This document shows, piece after piece, positions 37,607-50,385 of a DNA stretch of 64,000 nt. Source of the stretch: Octopus bimaculoides (Eukaryota). How positions within the stretch are numbered: position 1 is the stretch's first letter; each line of letters begins with the position of its first letter. The notes beneath the pieces were generated by a model. That model did not search any database. It saw only the letters and a program-made list of their open reading frames with translations, and was not told the DNA's origin. Made by a program: the position numbers and the translations under genes. The stretch is from positions 37,302,485 through 37,366,484 of the forward strand of contig NC_068986.1 in assembly GCF_001194135.2 (NCBI RefSeq), in the 5' to 3' direction.

Positions 37607-37695
<89 letters not shown>

Positions 37696-37729
37696 GTGTG
37701 TGTGTGTGCATGGTGTGTGTGTGACCACC

Positions 37730-37880
37730 GCTAGGCAACCGGTGGCGCAGGTGTGTTTACGTCCCTGTAACTTATCGTTTCGGCAAAGAGACCGATAGAG
37801 TAAGTACCAGGCTTTCGACTAAAATTTCAAGGCGGTGCCCCAGCATGGCCTCAATCAAATGACTGAAGCAAGTAAAAGAA
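37730..37880 (+). mobile_element. SINE-A 3' half with internal deletion
   Basis: cggcaaagagaccgatagagtaagtacc...gcggtgccccagcatggcc...gactgaagcaagtaaaag. Confidence 0.8.
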
Positions 37881-38149
37881 AAAGGTTTTGTTATGATAGA
37901 AAGTTAAAAAAGCGTAATGCCATATTATACGATAAGCATTTGAAAATAAAGGGCAAAACGTTTTCTTCTCGTTGTCGACATATCACAGTGATAATAAGTC
38001 TACCCAAATCTTCAATTGCGGGCGGCTGATTTCTTTGTTTTTCATTGAAGCTCCTGAAGAAATGCCCAAAACAGAAAGACTACTTTTAATCAGGAATAAT
38101 TCAAAGAATTTAGGTTTATTGCTAAAAGCGGGAAAAAAGCTAACTTTCA

Positions 38150-38215
<66 letters not shown>

Positions 38216-38324
38216 TGTGTGTGTGTGTGTGTGTGCCTGTTGTTTTGTGTGTATTTACTCTCGTTGTAATATGGAAATTGGCAGAAGGGAGGGGAAAATG
38301 CTGGGCTTATCTGTGTTAGCGTGC

Positions 38325-39290
38325 GTTCACGCTAACACAGATAAACATAAAGCTGACGCTCATATTGCTGGTACATCATCATTGTCATCATTTTTCTCTC
38401 CAGCTCGATCAGCATGAGAAGATGAAATCTTAGCTGCAGACTAGTACAAAGTGTATCATGCTGAGACTCTTCATCAGTCATACAGAAGTGCTGATTGTGA
38501 AGTAAAAGTTAACAAAGAAATCTATAGTGACTCTGATAGTAAAAACTTTAACATGTGTGAAAACTAAAGCAAAATCTCTATGTGAAAACATTCTAACGCC
38601 GCCTTTTGCACAAAGGCATCTAAAATATATCATATAACATGCTAATGCGTCAAAGAAAGGTGCAATGAACTGTTTTCCAATACTTCTGAGATATTTCCCT
38701 ATTGAGAAGAGAGTGCAATATGTGTTGTCTTTTGCAGTGATAACAATGAATCACCAGAGGAAACAAATCAGTAACTAAGTAAGCTAGAGACATTAAGTCT
38801 GGATTTGACGAAAGTGTCGGCATACACTGCTGACGATGCAAGTGCAAATTATAGCAAGATAAACTGGAAAATGAGTCAAAACTGTTTTGATCGTATTTTG
38901 CATAATACAAAAAGATTTGCTACAGAACAACAATTTGATCTTGGAAATATTGTGCTCAAAGTGTACAACCATTTCCTCAGTTCAAAGGACAGGTCAGTTA
39001 AAAATGAATTTTGTGAATTCGTCGATATTGAAAATTGCAGTTTGTTACGTTGCGTTGTAACTAGATGGCGTTCTTTCTTGTCATCTGTTGACAGAATATT
39101 TAAAGAGTGGGAAGTCCTAAAGTTTTATTTTTACTTAGTCTAGGTAGAGGAAGCCCGTCCCATGACACTGTTGAAGTGCACCAACGATAAAGGAAACGCC
39201 TGAAAATTGTCAGAGATTTGTTTTTGTTTCACAGTGACACTCACTCTAAGATTGTTTTCAGACATTATTAAAGCAATACAAATCAAGATA
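38325..39290 (+). mobile_element. Decayed hAT-superfamily transposase
   Basis: HQSYRSADC, VSAYTADDASANY, LHN...DLGNIVLKVYNHF...EFCEFVDIE..LLRCVVTRWRSFLSSVDRIFKEWEVLKFYF match the hAT D-N and TRW regions; stops and frameshifts present. Confidence 0.85.
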
Positions 39291-40042
39291 TTCAGCATAA
39301 TTTCAGTATTTAAGCTAACTACTTAATAGAAAACAATGGCTGATTGAAAAGAATGAAAGAAGCAAAGGACTGATTTAGAAACATGTGGTGGTATTACTGG
39401 GAATTGCTTCTTAAGGGAGAGAATCGCTTCTAGGTTTATTTTTCATTTGTGGAAGAATCATTGTCAAAGAATGAAGAGCACATATATATTTCCATATAAT
39501 TCCTTTATGTTTCTCTCTCATTTCCTTAAGGTACAGTCCTTAACGTCACTGATATCCGTGGATAGCATTATTTCCTATATGGTCCACTTTCTGGACTCGT
39601 CAGCACAACATAGCTCGGGTTTTAAAATTAATTAAGCTCAATTCAATTAAAAATCATATATTTCTTCTTTTTCCTATTTATTTTTTTGTGAGAATGAAAC
39701 GAAGCCTGTTTACCCCTCGAAAATGTGAAGCAGGCGTCATTGTTACCTATAAAAGAGAACTTCTCTGAAAACAGTTCTCAAGAAAAATGGTTGAACCTTA
39801 ACCATTCAAGTGTCATAACTTTTGGAGAAGTTCTGCGATGAGTTTATGGCCGGCAACCTTCAAAATATTGCGATAAATAAATGAAGAGAATGAAAATACG
39901 AAGAAAATTAAAAGTAATCACGTGATAACCATACTAAGGAAGGTTAGCTTAAGGTATTCTCTAGATTTTAAGTATATTTCACAAACCTGAACGTGGAAGC
40001 TTATGATTTTTCTCTTTTATGCATATCTGTCGAGCTACATCC

Positions 40043-40099
<57 letters not shown>

Positions 40100-40548
40100 G
40101 AGTAGAGAGGCAAGTGTTGTCTAGCAAATGTTTCGAAAAAAGATGGATACATGTAGCAAGAATGGCACGTATAAATCACGAAGCCACCTTGACCATGATT
40201 CTATAAAACGTTTTAAAATTTTGTAAACAGAGAGTTACTTACGTTTCTTACATAAATAAGAGAAATTTTATTTAACAAACTGTGACACTAAGGACCGAGG
40301 TTACCGTGGTCTTTTCGTAGGTTTTTCTTTCCACGGATAACCTCCCCANNNNNNNNNNNNNNNNNNNNNNNNNNNNNNNNNNNNNNNNNNNNNNNNNNNN
40401 NNNNNNNNNNNNGCGATGTTTTTTTTTCATCGTTGTCCCCACTTTTGTTTTTTTTTTCTGCTTTGTTTTCGCCCCCCTCGAAAAGAAAAACTCTACATTT
40501 ATATTTTGTCCCCTCTATGTTGAGCCCTGTGTGGCTAATAAAGAAACA

Positions 40549-40599
<51 letters not shown>

Positions 40600-40654
40600 T
40601 GATTTATTTATTTATCTACGTATGTATGTATGTATGTATGTATGTATGTATACA

Positions 40655-40850
40655 CATTTTTCTCCCTTTTTGTTTCGTTCTCACTCCATTTTCTCTCTCT
40701 TAATCCTTTCTGTCGAAGAGCGTAAGCTCGAAATGTCAAAGACTTTTTCAGTTTTCCAGAGCGTTAAACTAATACATCTGCTTGTCGTTCCCTCACCTGA
40801 CTTCGTCTCATGTTGTTTTTTGAGGGGATTTATGTACAAGTTTTTCGAAA
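40655..40850 (+). mobile_element. Penelope-like terminal-repeat remnant (family P1)
   Basis: Homolog of 14285-14447 and 16322-16512. Confidence 0.7.
40706..40741 (+). ncRNA. Minimal type I hammerhead-like motif, A6U core variant
   Basis: CTTT|CTGTCGA|A|GAGC-GTAA-GCTC|GAAA|TG|TC|AAAG. Confidence 0.55.
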
Positions 40851-41262
40851 CCTTTTTTTTTGTGTTTATGTTTTTGCGTATATCTCTGTTTATATTTTTG
40901 CGTATGTGTTTTTATTTGTATACACGTCTATCCGCGTATGTATGTGCATGTGCGTATAAAGATGTGTATATGAACATAATGATGCATGCATGGGTATATA
41001 TACGAGTGTATGTGCGTGTATGCGTGTATTGTATGTATGTATGTATGTATGTATGTTTACATATGTATAGACATATATATGTGTTTGTATATGTGCACGC
41101 ATCTATGCGTATGTATATACGCACACATGTGTGTGTGCGTACGTGTATGTATTTGTGTACATGTGTGCATATGCAGATTCTATGAACGACGTTTTACTTT
41201 CCCCACGCCTATTGGAGTAATTTTCCTTTATTCAACGGTTTTTGTTTTAATAGCGTTTGTTT

Positions 41263-41325
41263 TAATAACTGATGAGATGCCGGAGCAGACTTCAGCCCCG
41301 GCATCCGAAACTCTGAGTTTTATTA
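41263..41325 (+). ncRNA. Type I hammerhead ribozyme (minimal stem III) in a probable PLE remnant (~41175-41345)
   Basis: TAATAA|CTGATGA|GATGCCGG...CCGGCATC|C|GAAA|CTC-T-GAG|TT|TTATTA: stem I 6 bp perfect, stem II 8 bp, GUU site. Confidence 0.85.
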
Positions 41326-41367
41326 TGACAACCAACTAATTGTCAATTATTATTATCATCATCATCA

Positions 41368-41408
<41 letters not shown>

Positions 41409-42129
41409 ATTATTGTTATTATTATTATTATGTTTATATATGTCTGTATGTATACATGCATCCATTCATTTATATATATATGTATTCATACACGTACATA
41501 CACATGCACACACAGATTAGATACATAGATAGATAGATATTATCATAAGTAAATACATGCTCAGAAGTATACATTCAACTGCATGCTTAGAGATAGGCAC
41601 ATCTGTCCATCCATCTATCCAGCCCTATACATACATACGTACTCACATGAATACATACACACATGCGGACATGCACGCAAACACATACATTCATAAATAT
41701 TATTCATATGTAAACATATACACATATACATACCATACTGTACCTATACAATTGCCAGCCACGCTGCAAGACTCCTTTGTCTCAGTTTAGCGAACTTAAC
41801 AAATGTTTGTAATTCATATAAATGGTGACCAAACCATGTTTATTGTTCAACATTTAAAAGTCCTATACATTACAGTTTTATAAATAAACTAATCTGAATA
41901 CGCAAGGTTTTCAAAAATAGGTTTTAATGAACTTTGGGGAATATATGTTTTTTCTACTGTTATTTTTTTCTATTTTCTTTCACTTTTGCTTCGTTTTTTG
42001 TTTGTTTTTTTTTTCACGCAATCTGTTAGATGTCGACATTTCTGGGGACCACATTATCGTCCATTTGTGTTAAATAAGAAAATTGCAATATAAATGCATG
42101 TGTGTAAATATATATATATATATATTCTT

Positions 42130-42340
42130 TTATTCTTTTATTCTTTTATTTGTTTCAGTCATTTGACTGCGGCCATGCAGGAGCACCGCCTTTAGCCGAA
42201 CAAATCGACCTCAGAACTTATTCTTTGTAAGCCTGGTACTTATTCTATCGCTCTCTCGGGCCGAACCGCTATTTTACGGGAACGTAAACACGCCAACATC
42301 GGTTGTCAAGCGATGGTAGGAGGACAAATACAGGCATACA

Positions 42341-42345
<5 letters not shown>
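42130..42345 (-). mobile_element. SINE-A 3' half
   Basis: ttttatttgtttcagtcatttgactgcggccatgcaggagcaccgcc...catcggttgtcaagcgatgg. Confidence 0.88.
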
Positions 42346-42373
<28 letters not shown>

Positions 42374-42887
42374 NNNNNNNNNNNNNNNNNNNNNNNNNNN
42401 NNNNNNNNNNNNNNNNNNNNNNNNNNNNNNNNNNNNNNNNNNNNNNNNNNNNNNNNNNNNNNNNNNNNNNNNNNNNNNNNNNNNNNNNNNNNNNNNNNNN
42501 NNNNNNNNNNNNNNNNNNNNNNNNNNNNNNNNNNNNNNNNNNNNNNNNNNNNNNNNNNNNNNNNNNNNNNNNNNNNNNNNNNNNNNNNNNNNNNNNNNNN
42601 NNNNNNNNNNNNNNNNNNNNNNNNNNNNNNNNNNNNNNNNNNNNNNNNNNNNNNNNNNNNNNNNNNNNNNNNNNNNNNNNNNNNNNNNNNNNNNNNNNNN
42701 NNNNNNNNNNNNNNNNNNNNNNNNNNNNNNNNNNNNNNNNNNNNNNNNNNNNNNNNNNNNNNNNNNNNNNNNNNNNNNNNNNNNNNNNNNNNNNNNNNNN
42801 NNNNNNNNNNNNNNNNNNNNNNNNNNNNNNNNNNNNNNNNNNNNNNNNNNNNNNNNNNNNNNNNNNNNNNNNNNNNNNNNNNNNNNN

Positions 42888-42926
<39 letters not shown>

Positions 42927-42954
42927 ATGTATGTATGTATGTATGCATTCTGTT

Positions 42955-43115
42955 ATCCTTTTACTTGTTCCAATCATTTGACTCAGGCCATGCTGGTGCA
43001 CCATCTTAAAGGATATTTTAATCAAAGAAATGCACCCCAGGACTTATTATTCGTATGCCTAGTACTTATTCTATCAGTGTCTTTGCCAAACCGCTAAGTT
43101 ACTGGGACGTAAACA
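42955..43115 (-). mobile_element. SINE-A 3' part
   Basis: ttttacttgttccaatcatttgactcaggccatgctggtgcacc...ccgctaagttactgggacgtaaac. Confidence 0.8.
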
Positions 43116-43419
43116 TTGGTTTCCTAATATATATTTATAATTAGATATTATTAAAAAATGTAATAAAGAATTGTTAAAATATTCTGTTCATTGTATAACC
43201 AATTTGTAGCACATAAATTTTAACAAGATCTTATATAGACCCCAGTTGGAAAGCACTGGTTTAAACAGTAGATGATCATCAATAAGGGCAATGGCCGCGG
43301 GAGACACACAGATATCATGGGAACTGTATTTTCTTCTAAACTCGGTAAATAAAGGGGGAAATAACAGTTTTGTCTTCATATATTTATGTATTTTTTTTTT
43401 TTGTTTAGCATTTTACAAT

Positions 43420-43830
43420 AACCAAATTTTAGATGTGGCACCAGGGAGTATTTTTGCTGTTAGCAACATTTGTTGCTCAATGTTGACTTTGGTCCTCCTT
43501 AAAAACTAGTTTATTCAACTGTTACATTTAACAAATTAACCTTATATTTTGGCTTTGAGTTCCTCTTACAACTTATGTATCCGATAGTTTAGAGCTTCAA
43601 GGTTTTTCATATCCTCATGTTACTTTATTTTTCCTTTCTTTTCTCATGATATTTCGTATCCAGGTTTTCAGTATTGCATTTCATGTTTACGGGGATCGTT
43701 AAAACGCTTTTCTTTCTGATGTAACTAAATATATTCGTGTAATTTTAAGTCACACCCTGATTTCGTATTTTGTTTTATAACATATAGTTTTCGTTCATCT
43801 AATTCTCTGTGATATGACAACGTTCGGATA
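43420..43830 (-). pseudogene. Unassigned decayed coding-like remnant, probably transposon-derived
   Basis: One minus-strand frame gives protein-like text interrupted by stops (RELDERKLYVIKQNTKSGCDLKLHEYI*LHQKEKRFNDPRKHEMQY*KPGYEIS*...); family not recognised. Confidence 0.3.
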
Positions 43831-44678
43831 CACATGGTTATCAATAAATTGAAGTTTGTCGTATTGTGGTTATATATATATATATATNNNNNNNNNNNNN
43901 NNNNNNNNNNNNNNNNNNNNNNNNNNNNNNNNNNNNNNNNNNNNNNNNNNNNNNNNNNNNNNNNNNNNNNNNNNNNNNNNNNNNNNNNNNNNNNNNNNNN
44001 NNNNNNNNNNNNNNNNNNNNNNNNNNNNNNNNNNNNNNNNNNNNNNNNNNNNNNNNNNNNNNNNNNNNNNNNNNNNNNNNNNNNNNNNNNNNNNNNNNNN
44101 NNNNNNNNNNNNNNNNNNNNNNNNNNNNNNNNNNNNNNNNNNNNNNNNNNNNNNNNNNNNNNNNNNNNNNNNNNNNNNNNNNNNNNNNNNNNNNNNNNNN
44201 NNNNNNNNNNNNNNNNNNNNNNNNNNNNNNNNNNNNNNNNNNNNNNNNNNNNNNNNNNNNNNNNNNNNNNNNNNNNNNNNNNNNNNNNNNNNNNNNNNNN
44301 NNNNNNNNNNNNNNNNNNNNNNNNNNNNNNNNNNNNNNNNNNNNNNNNNNNNNNNNNNNNNNNNNNNNNNNNNNNNNNNNNNNNNNNNNNNNNNNNNNNN
44401 NNNNNNNNNNNNNNNNNNNNNNNNNNNNNNNNNNNNNNNNNNNNNNNNNNNNNNNNNNNNNNNNNNNNNNNNNNNNNNNNNNNNNNNNNNNNNNNNNNNN
44501 NNNNNNNNNNNNNNNNNNNNNNNNNNNNNNNNNNNNNNNNNNNNNNNNNNNNNNNNNNNNNNNNNNNNNNNNNNNNNNNNNNNNNNNNNNNNNNNNNNNN
44601 NNNNNNNNNNNNNNNNNNNNNNNNNNNNNNNNNNNNNNNNNNNNNNNNNNNNNNNNNNNNNNNNNNNNNNNNNNNNNN

Positions 44679-44722
<44 letters not shown>

Positions 44723-45189
44723 CCCCTCTCTCTCGATGGAGTTTCAATGCCAATTTCAAGGCGTAATTATTTTTCCTTTGATGTGTAGTTACCGTTTGCG
44801 TACTTATTCATTTATAATCAACAACACACAACCAAATTTCATTATACGTTGTTTCATACAAACACACAGACATATATATATAACTGATATGTTTATGTGT
44901 TGCTGAGATCGAATGGGATTCGGATTACCAACGAGCAATCTTCTGAATTAGATTTTTGTTGTTATATAGACATATATCAGCAATGATTTAGCAGCCTTAA
45001 ACCTTCAGTATTTATTACAGGTTTAGCGATATAGAACTACATTACCCATTATAAAGGGCTAAATTTGAGGTAAAAATTTTGACTTCTATATCCTTAGACC
45101 ACGCCATCTTTGGATCATCTCAACTTACGACTAATAAGTCGTCTATAAAATCGGTATATAATGTCTACAATTAAAAATAAGTTCCTATC

Positions 45190-45700
45190 TTGGTGGTAGA
45201 TCTGGATTCTAAAGAAGAAGGATTTTGCCGAAGATTTGAACTCCTTGGAACAACAAACAGACGGGTAAACTCTTTGTTGAGGCCATATATCGCCTTTTCT
45301 ATCGTTGTTTGGTTCCCGACGACAGGTGAGACCTGTAACAGGCGGAGGCAACTGATGTGTTCGCGGTGTCTGGAAGGAGAAAAGATTACAAATATTGATA
45401 TTTTTGGCCTAACTCATCATAATGTAAATACCACCATGACCGATATCCAAACTACAGTGAAAAAGGCTAGCCACTGGATTTGGTTAAAAAGAGACGATGA
45501 GCGATGGCTAGAAGAATATTGAGCTTTATTTGATAACCAGTTGTTCTAGCATGCGGGGCCTCATATCAGTGAGGTGGGCCGGTGCGCAGTGATGCCGTCG
45601 AGATGTAAGCCCCGAAACAGCATGCATTCTCTCCTGATGAGCCCATACACTTGTTGGCTTCCGGTATGCAGAGTTCTCGACTGGTAGCACTTGCATGTGC
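45190..45700 (+). mobile_element. HERO-like RLE non-LTR retrotransposon 3' end with 3' UTR (internally deleted)
   Basis: VVDLD...SLLRPYIA resembles VDL...tsLRPDiv; the C-terminus DIQTTVKKASHWIWLKRDD matches the AEkASrWlWlKR ending of HERO-type elements. Confidence 0.75.
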
Positions 45701-46104
45701 AAGTTATTTGCAAGACGTCCGCGTCGAAAGACCTTTTGTAGACTCATTTCGTTTCCTTTCCTATTTTTTCTGTTTCTGATTCCATGTATTCATTCTTCTG
45801 CCTTTGTTTTAGTTTCGGCTATGCCTGTACAATTCTAAGTTACAGAGTAAAGAATATTATGTAGGTGCCGAAATTGTAATTATTCCCAGTTGAAAACTGA
45901 TGGGGCGGAATCTGACTTGTGCAGCTGTCCTTTCGCTTTATTGCTGTAAATTTATTTGTTCGCCTGTGCCACTTTTTAGAAAAGTTTATTTGTAACAAAA
46001 CACAGCCGTTGTTTTTCTCAACTTTCTCTCTCGCTCTCTTTCTGTGTGTGTATTTGTGTGTGTGAGTGCGTGCGTACGCATGTGTGTATGTAAACATAGA
46101 CGTT

Positions 46105-46157
<53 letters not shown>

Positions 46158-47158
46158 TTAAGAGAAGGAAAGAAACAAAGAAGTAGATATACATAAAGAT
46201 ATATTGTTGAATTTAAAATATTTGTTCCATTTGCTATACTCTACGAAGCTATTTCTGTATTAAAAGCAATGCTGCACAAATGTTTAATTTGATTTAAGAA
46301 GGCGATAGCGAAAAAGTAATTTTCTCCCGACTTTTGCACATAGCTGCTATTTCAAGTTATTCACAGATTTATAAATATTTACAAATTAAACAAAGTATAT
46401 GAATGAGAATAAACTCATGAAGCCTTGGTTCTCTCTAGCCTATTTTTGTTGACAAGGAGTTGGTGTAATGTCAACTATACTACATGTTCTCAATGAAATA
46501 CACCTGCCACATTAGCGTTTTTTTAATATCAGACATCGTCTGTATGTCTGTGTGTTTTGATTTGAATTAGACATGATTAAATCGTGAGATCTTTTCCATA
46601 TCATATAACACTAATGTTCAATTATTATACAATAATGGCGTTACACAGATTTTGAAAGCATCAAATTGTAGTTAATTTAATGTTAACATATTTAACGCAG
46701 TGAGTATTAAACATTTAGTGATAAATACTTAACGATGAGAAAATGATAATATTAAACCAGTGAATTAATATTATTTCAGTTATTCGGCATGTATAGAGAG
46801 AACTCCTGACATGTTTCAACCGTATTAGGCCTCTTCATTAAACATACACTTTGGCCAAATTGTGATAATAGAGTTGCAAGTAAATTAATATATAACAAAA
46901 GGAAAAATAACACTACCGAAGACTTGGTTTGGGGATTTGTTTCTGAAATAGCATCCATTAATGTTCCAGCCCCAACTACACTATCATATAATTAACTCCA
47001 GTTATGCTTCAAAGACTAGACGTTTTCTTCTTTCCAGTTATAAATATAAAGAAACCTTTTATTCTTATATACGTGTGTATACGTACGTGTGTATATATAA
47101 ATCAGTGTATGTTTGTGTGTGTATGTATGAATATGTGTATGTATGAATATGTATGTGA

Positions 47159-47201
<43 letters not shown>

Positions 47202-47330
47202 CATACATATATACACCTACAATACCTCTCTATACGTATAGATATGTGTGTGTATGTGTATGTATATGTATATATATGTGTATATGTATATATATATATG
47301 TATGTATATATATATATATATGTATGTATG

Positions 47331-47389
<59 letters not shown>

Positions 47390-48045
47390 ATACACACATA
47401 CATATTTGGATACATGTGCATTTATAGTTATACACACGCATCTATACACACACACAAGTACACACATACGCGTATATATATGCATATACGTTCACACGTG
47501 TATATATGCGTGTGAATATATGTTTGTTTCTCTATAATAAGAGAGTCAGGTGTGTGTGTGCAGTATGCTATATGTTGTAACTATTCGGTTTAATGTCTAT
47601 AAACAAACTAGCCATTGCATAAGTCATTTTCCAAAAGGACTTACGTCACAAGCGCCAACCAGTTTGTTTTCTCTTTGAAATGTGTGTATATATTTTTATC
47701 TACGTGCTCACATCCGTATATGTCTATGTGTGTGTATGTGAGTAGACACAGATATATACTCGTATAATGATAGATTAGACATATGCACTGTTCTCAGCCA
47801 GAAACTGAGACTTGTGCAATACGAATTTAGCTTTACTTCATGCATCGCTGATTAACAATGGCTTATGTCGAGGGAAACGTAAAAAACAGTAAAACTCAAA
47901 CCAAGATTAGGAGCATAATGATTATGATGATGACGGTGGTGGTGAAAGTGATCATGATGATGATGATCATCATCATCTTTATTACTACTATTATAACAAT
48001 AATAATAATTACAGTAATAATAATAAATAGAAAAATAACAATAAT

Positions 48046-48104
<59 letters not shown>

Positions 48105-48106
<2 letters not shown>

Positions 48107-48400
48107 GAAAAAGAAATGGAAAAACTTTCAAAATACAAAGACCTGGAAATAGAGATAACTCGAATGTGGAATCTAAAAACAGAAACAATTCCTATCATAG
48201 TAGGTGCCTTAAGTATAATAAAAAAATATTCAGACAAATACATAACAAAAACACCAGGACTTACAAATATGTATAACATACAGANNNNNNNNNNNNNNNN
48301 NNNNNNNNNNNNNNNNNNNNNNNNNNNNNNNNNNNNNNNNNNNNACAGAGCTGCGCTCGGTAGTGAAGTGAAAGCACGTTATAAAAATAAAACTACTGAA
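48105..48400 (+). mobile_element. R4/Dong-like RLE LINE 3' fragment embedded in (AAT)n
   Basis: EKLSKYKDLEIEITRMWNLKTETIPIIVGALSIIKK (RLE K..KY..L motif); 3' UTR ends aaactactgaacaataataat; (AAT)n at ~48047-48104 and ~48402-48450. Confidence 0.85.
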
Positions 48401-48401
48401 C

Positions 48402-48450
<49 letters not shown>

Positions 48451-48562
48451 GCCAGCAACAACAACAATAGCGATAGTGTTGAAACTGACGACATAGCGAG
48501 TGAAGAATACAAACAATGAATTAATGTGAATAGCATAATTTCTGCTGCTGTTACTACTACTG

Positions 48563-48623
<61 letters not shown>

Positions 48624-48639
48624 GGAATAACAATAACAG

Positions 48640-48860
48640 TGGTTTCTAATTTGGGTACAAGACTAGCAGTTTTGAAGGGAGAGACTTACTCGGTACCGTC
48701 GACATCATTACATGACTGGTACTTCATTTGCTAAAAGCTTAATTGACAAACAGCAAAGCTGACCTCTTGAGGATTTGAACTAAGACCACAAGGAGCCAAA
48801 ACAACTGCTGCAAATATTTTTTTTACCGACGCTGTAATGGTTCTTCAGACCCACCACCAT
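48640..48860 (-). mobile_element. SINE-B diverged copy
   Basis: ggtttctaatttgggtacaag...gcaaagctgacctcttgaggatttgaact. Confidence 0.65.
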
Positions 48861-49084
48861 AATAACATCAGCAACAATAACAACGTTTGATTAGAAACAA
48901 GCCATTAGAACGAGTTTGATGAAGACAAGAATTGATAAAACTTAGTCGAGCAGCAAACGCAAAATGTTTCGAAAATAGGATGAAAGTATTAAAAATGCTC
49001 ATAGTGAGCGACGTAAACTAGCACAAAAAGAATATGAACATAGATATGACTGGTTTGGTAAAAGTGTGCATTCGCATGTTAAAG

Positions 49085-49201
49085 AAATTTATGAAAGGCA
49101 AAGTTGGCCTTGGCGGAATTTCAACTCAGAACGTCAAGGCGGACGAAACGCCGCTAAGCATTTTTCCCGGCGTTCTGACGATTCTGCCAGTTCGCCGCCT
49201 T
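49085..49201 (-). mobile_element. SINE-B 5' half
   Basis: atgaaaggcaaagttggccttggcggaatttcaactcagaacg...gattctgccagttcgccgcct. Confidence 0.85.
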
Positions 49202-49555
49202 CTTCAGTCTTCAGTCATGTTAGTCTCGTCCATTACAAAGCTTCTCTCACCATAGCCAACAAACAAAGGGAAAATGGCTGCTCTTCTCAGACAGTATATC
49301 ACTTTATAAGTCATTATTGAATCCATCCAGATTCTACAAAAGTAAAGTGCCAGCCAAGAAGTGGTGTCGAAACTTATGGCTTTGTGCCTAAATTAGAAAC
49401 CGCTGGTGTTGCAGTTGCTCAATAGTAGTAGTAGTAGTAGTAGTAGTAGTAGCAGCAGCAGCAGCAGCTGCAGGAGCAACGGGAGTAGAAATGTTATTCA
49501 CATCAATTCATTGTCTGTAGTGTTGACTTGCTAAGTCGTCATTTTCAGTACTACT

Positions 49556-49608
<53 letters not shown>

Positions 49609-49919
49609 GGCATTAATGATGATGATCATCATCATCACCAACACCATCAAGAGATCACTATTACCCCTGCTTTGGTACGTGTTTTAATGCTTTTTACGTT
49701 TCCCTCGACAGAAAGTATTGTTAATCGGTGACGCATGAAGTAAAGCAAAGCAAAGCTGAATTTCGTATTGTATAAGTCTCAGTTTCAGGCTGAGAACATG
49801 GTATGCGTCTATTCTATCATTGTATGTGTGTATCTGTGTCTTCACACCCATTCACTCACGTACATACACACACACACACACACACACTTACTTATACTCA
49901 AGACAATGTAAAGATCTTC

Positions 49920-50260
49920 CGATAGTCGGATCTGTTCTATGTGCAACAACAGTGGTTTGACAAATCTCGTACAATGCCACTTATTGACACTTATCTGAGA
50001 TCGTACAAGATGATGTACAACAGTTTTGGTGCTTTGGGCGCATTTGGAACAGACCCGGAATACTTCACTTCTGTACTTGTAGAGTCTGTCACAAACTAAT
50101 AGAAGCGATAGACTAGGAATTTCGGGATATTTTCCGAAGTCCCCGAGACGAAAATATTGTGGGACTGACCAGCTAGTTGATTTTCGTCAATGCTTAGATT
50201 TTTTTCTATAGAAAATCGTCGCTCTTTTCTGCTGCTAGGCCTCTTTGGAATGCGTATATG
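49920..50260 (+). mobile_element. Possible very decayed RLE LINE remnant
   Basis: ICSMCNNSG-like CxxC start and downstream RLE-like composition; frames are broken. Confidence 0.3.
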
Positions 50261-50385
50261 TAACTTGTATAGCATAGACACAAAGCCAAATATTTAGTGT
50301 GTGTATGTGCTTATGCGTGTGTGTGTGTGTGTGTTTGTCTGTCTGTGTGTATGCTGGGAGACAATCGATTAAATAATAATAAACA

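Noticed and set aside
38468-38480. Minus-strand CTGATGA; also plus-strand CTGACGA near 38830
   Set aside because: Both lie inside the hAT coding remnant with no GAAA or stems; chance matches.
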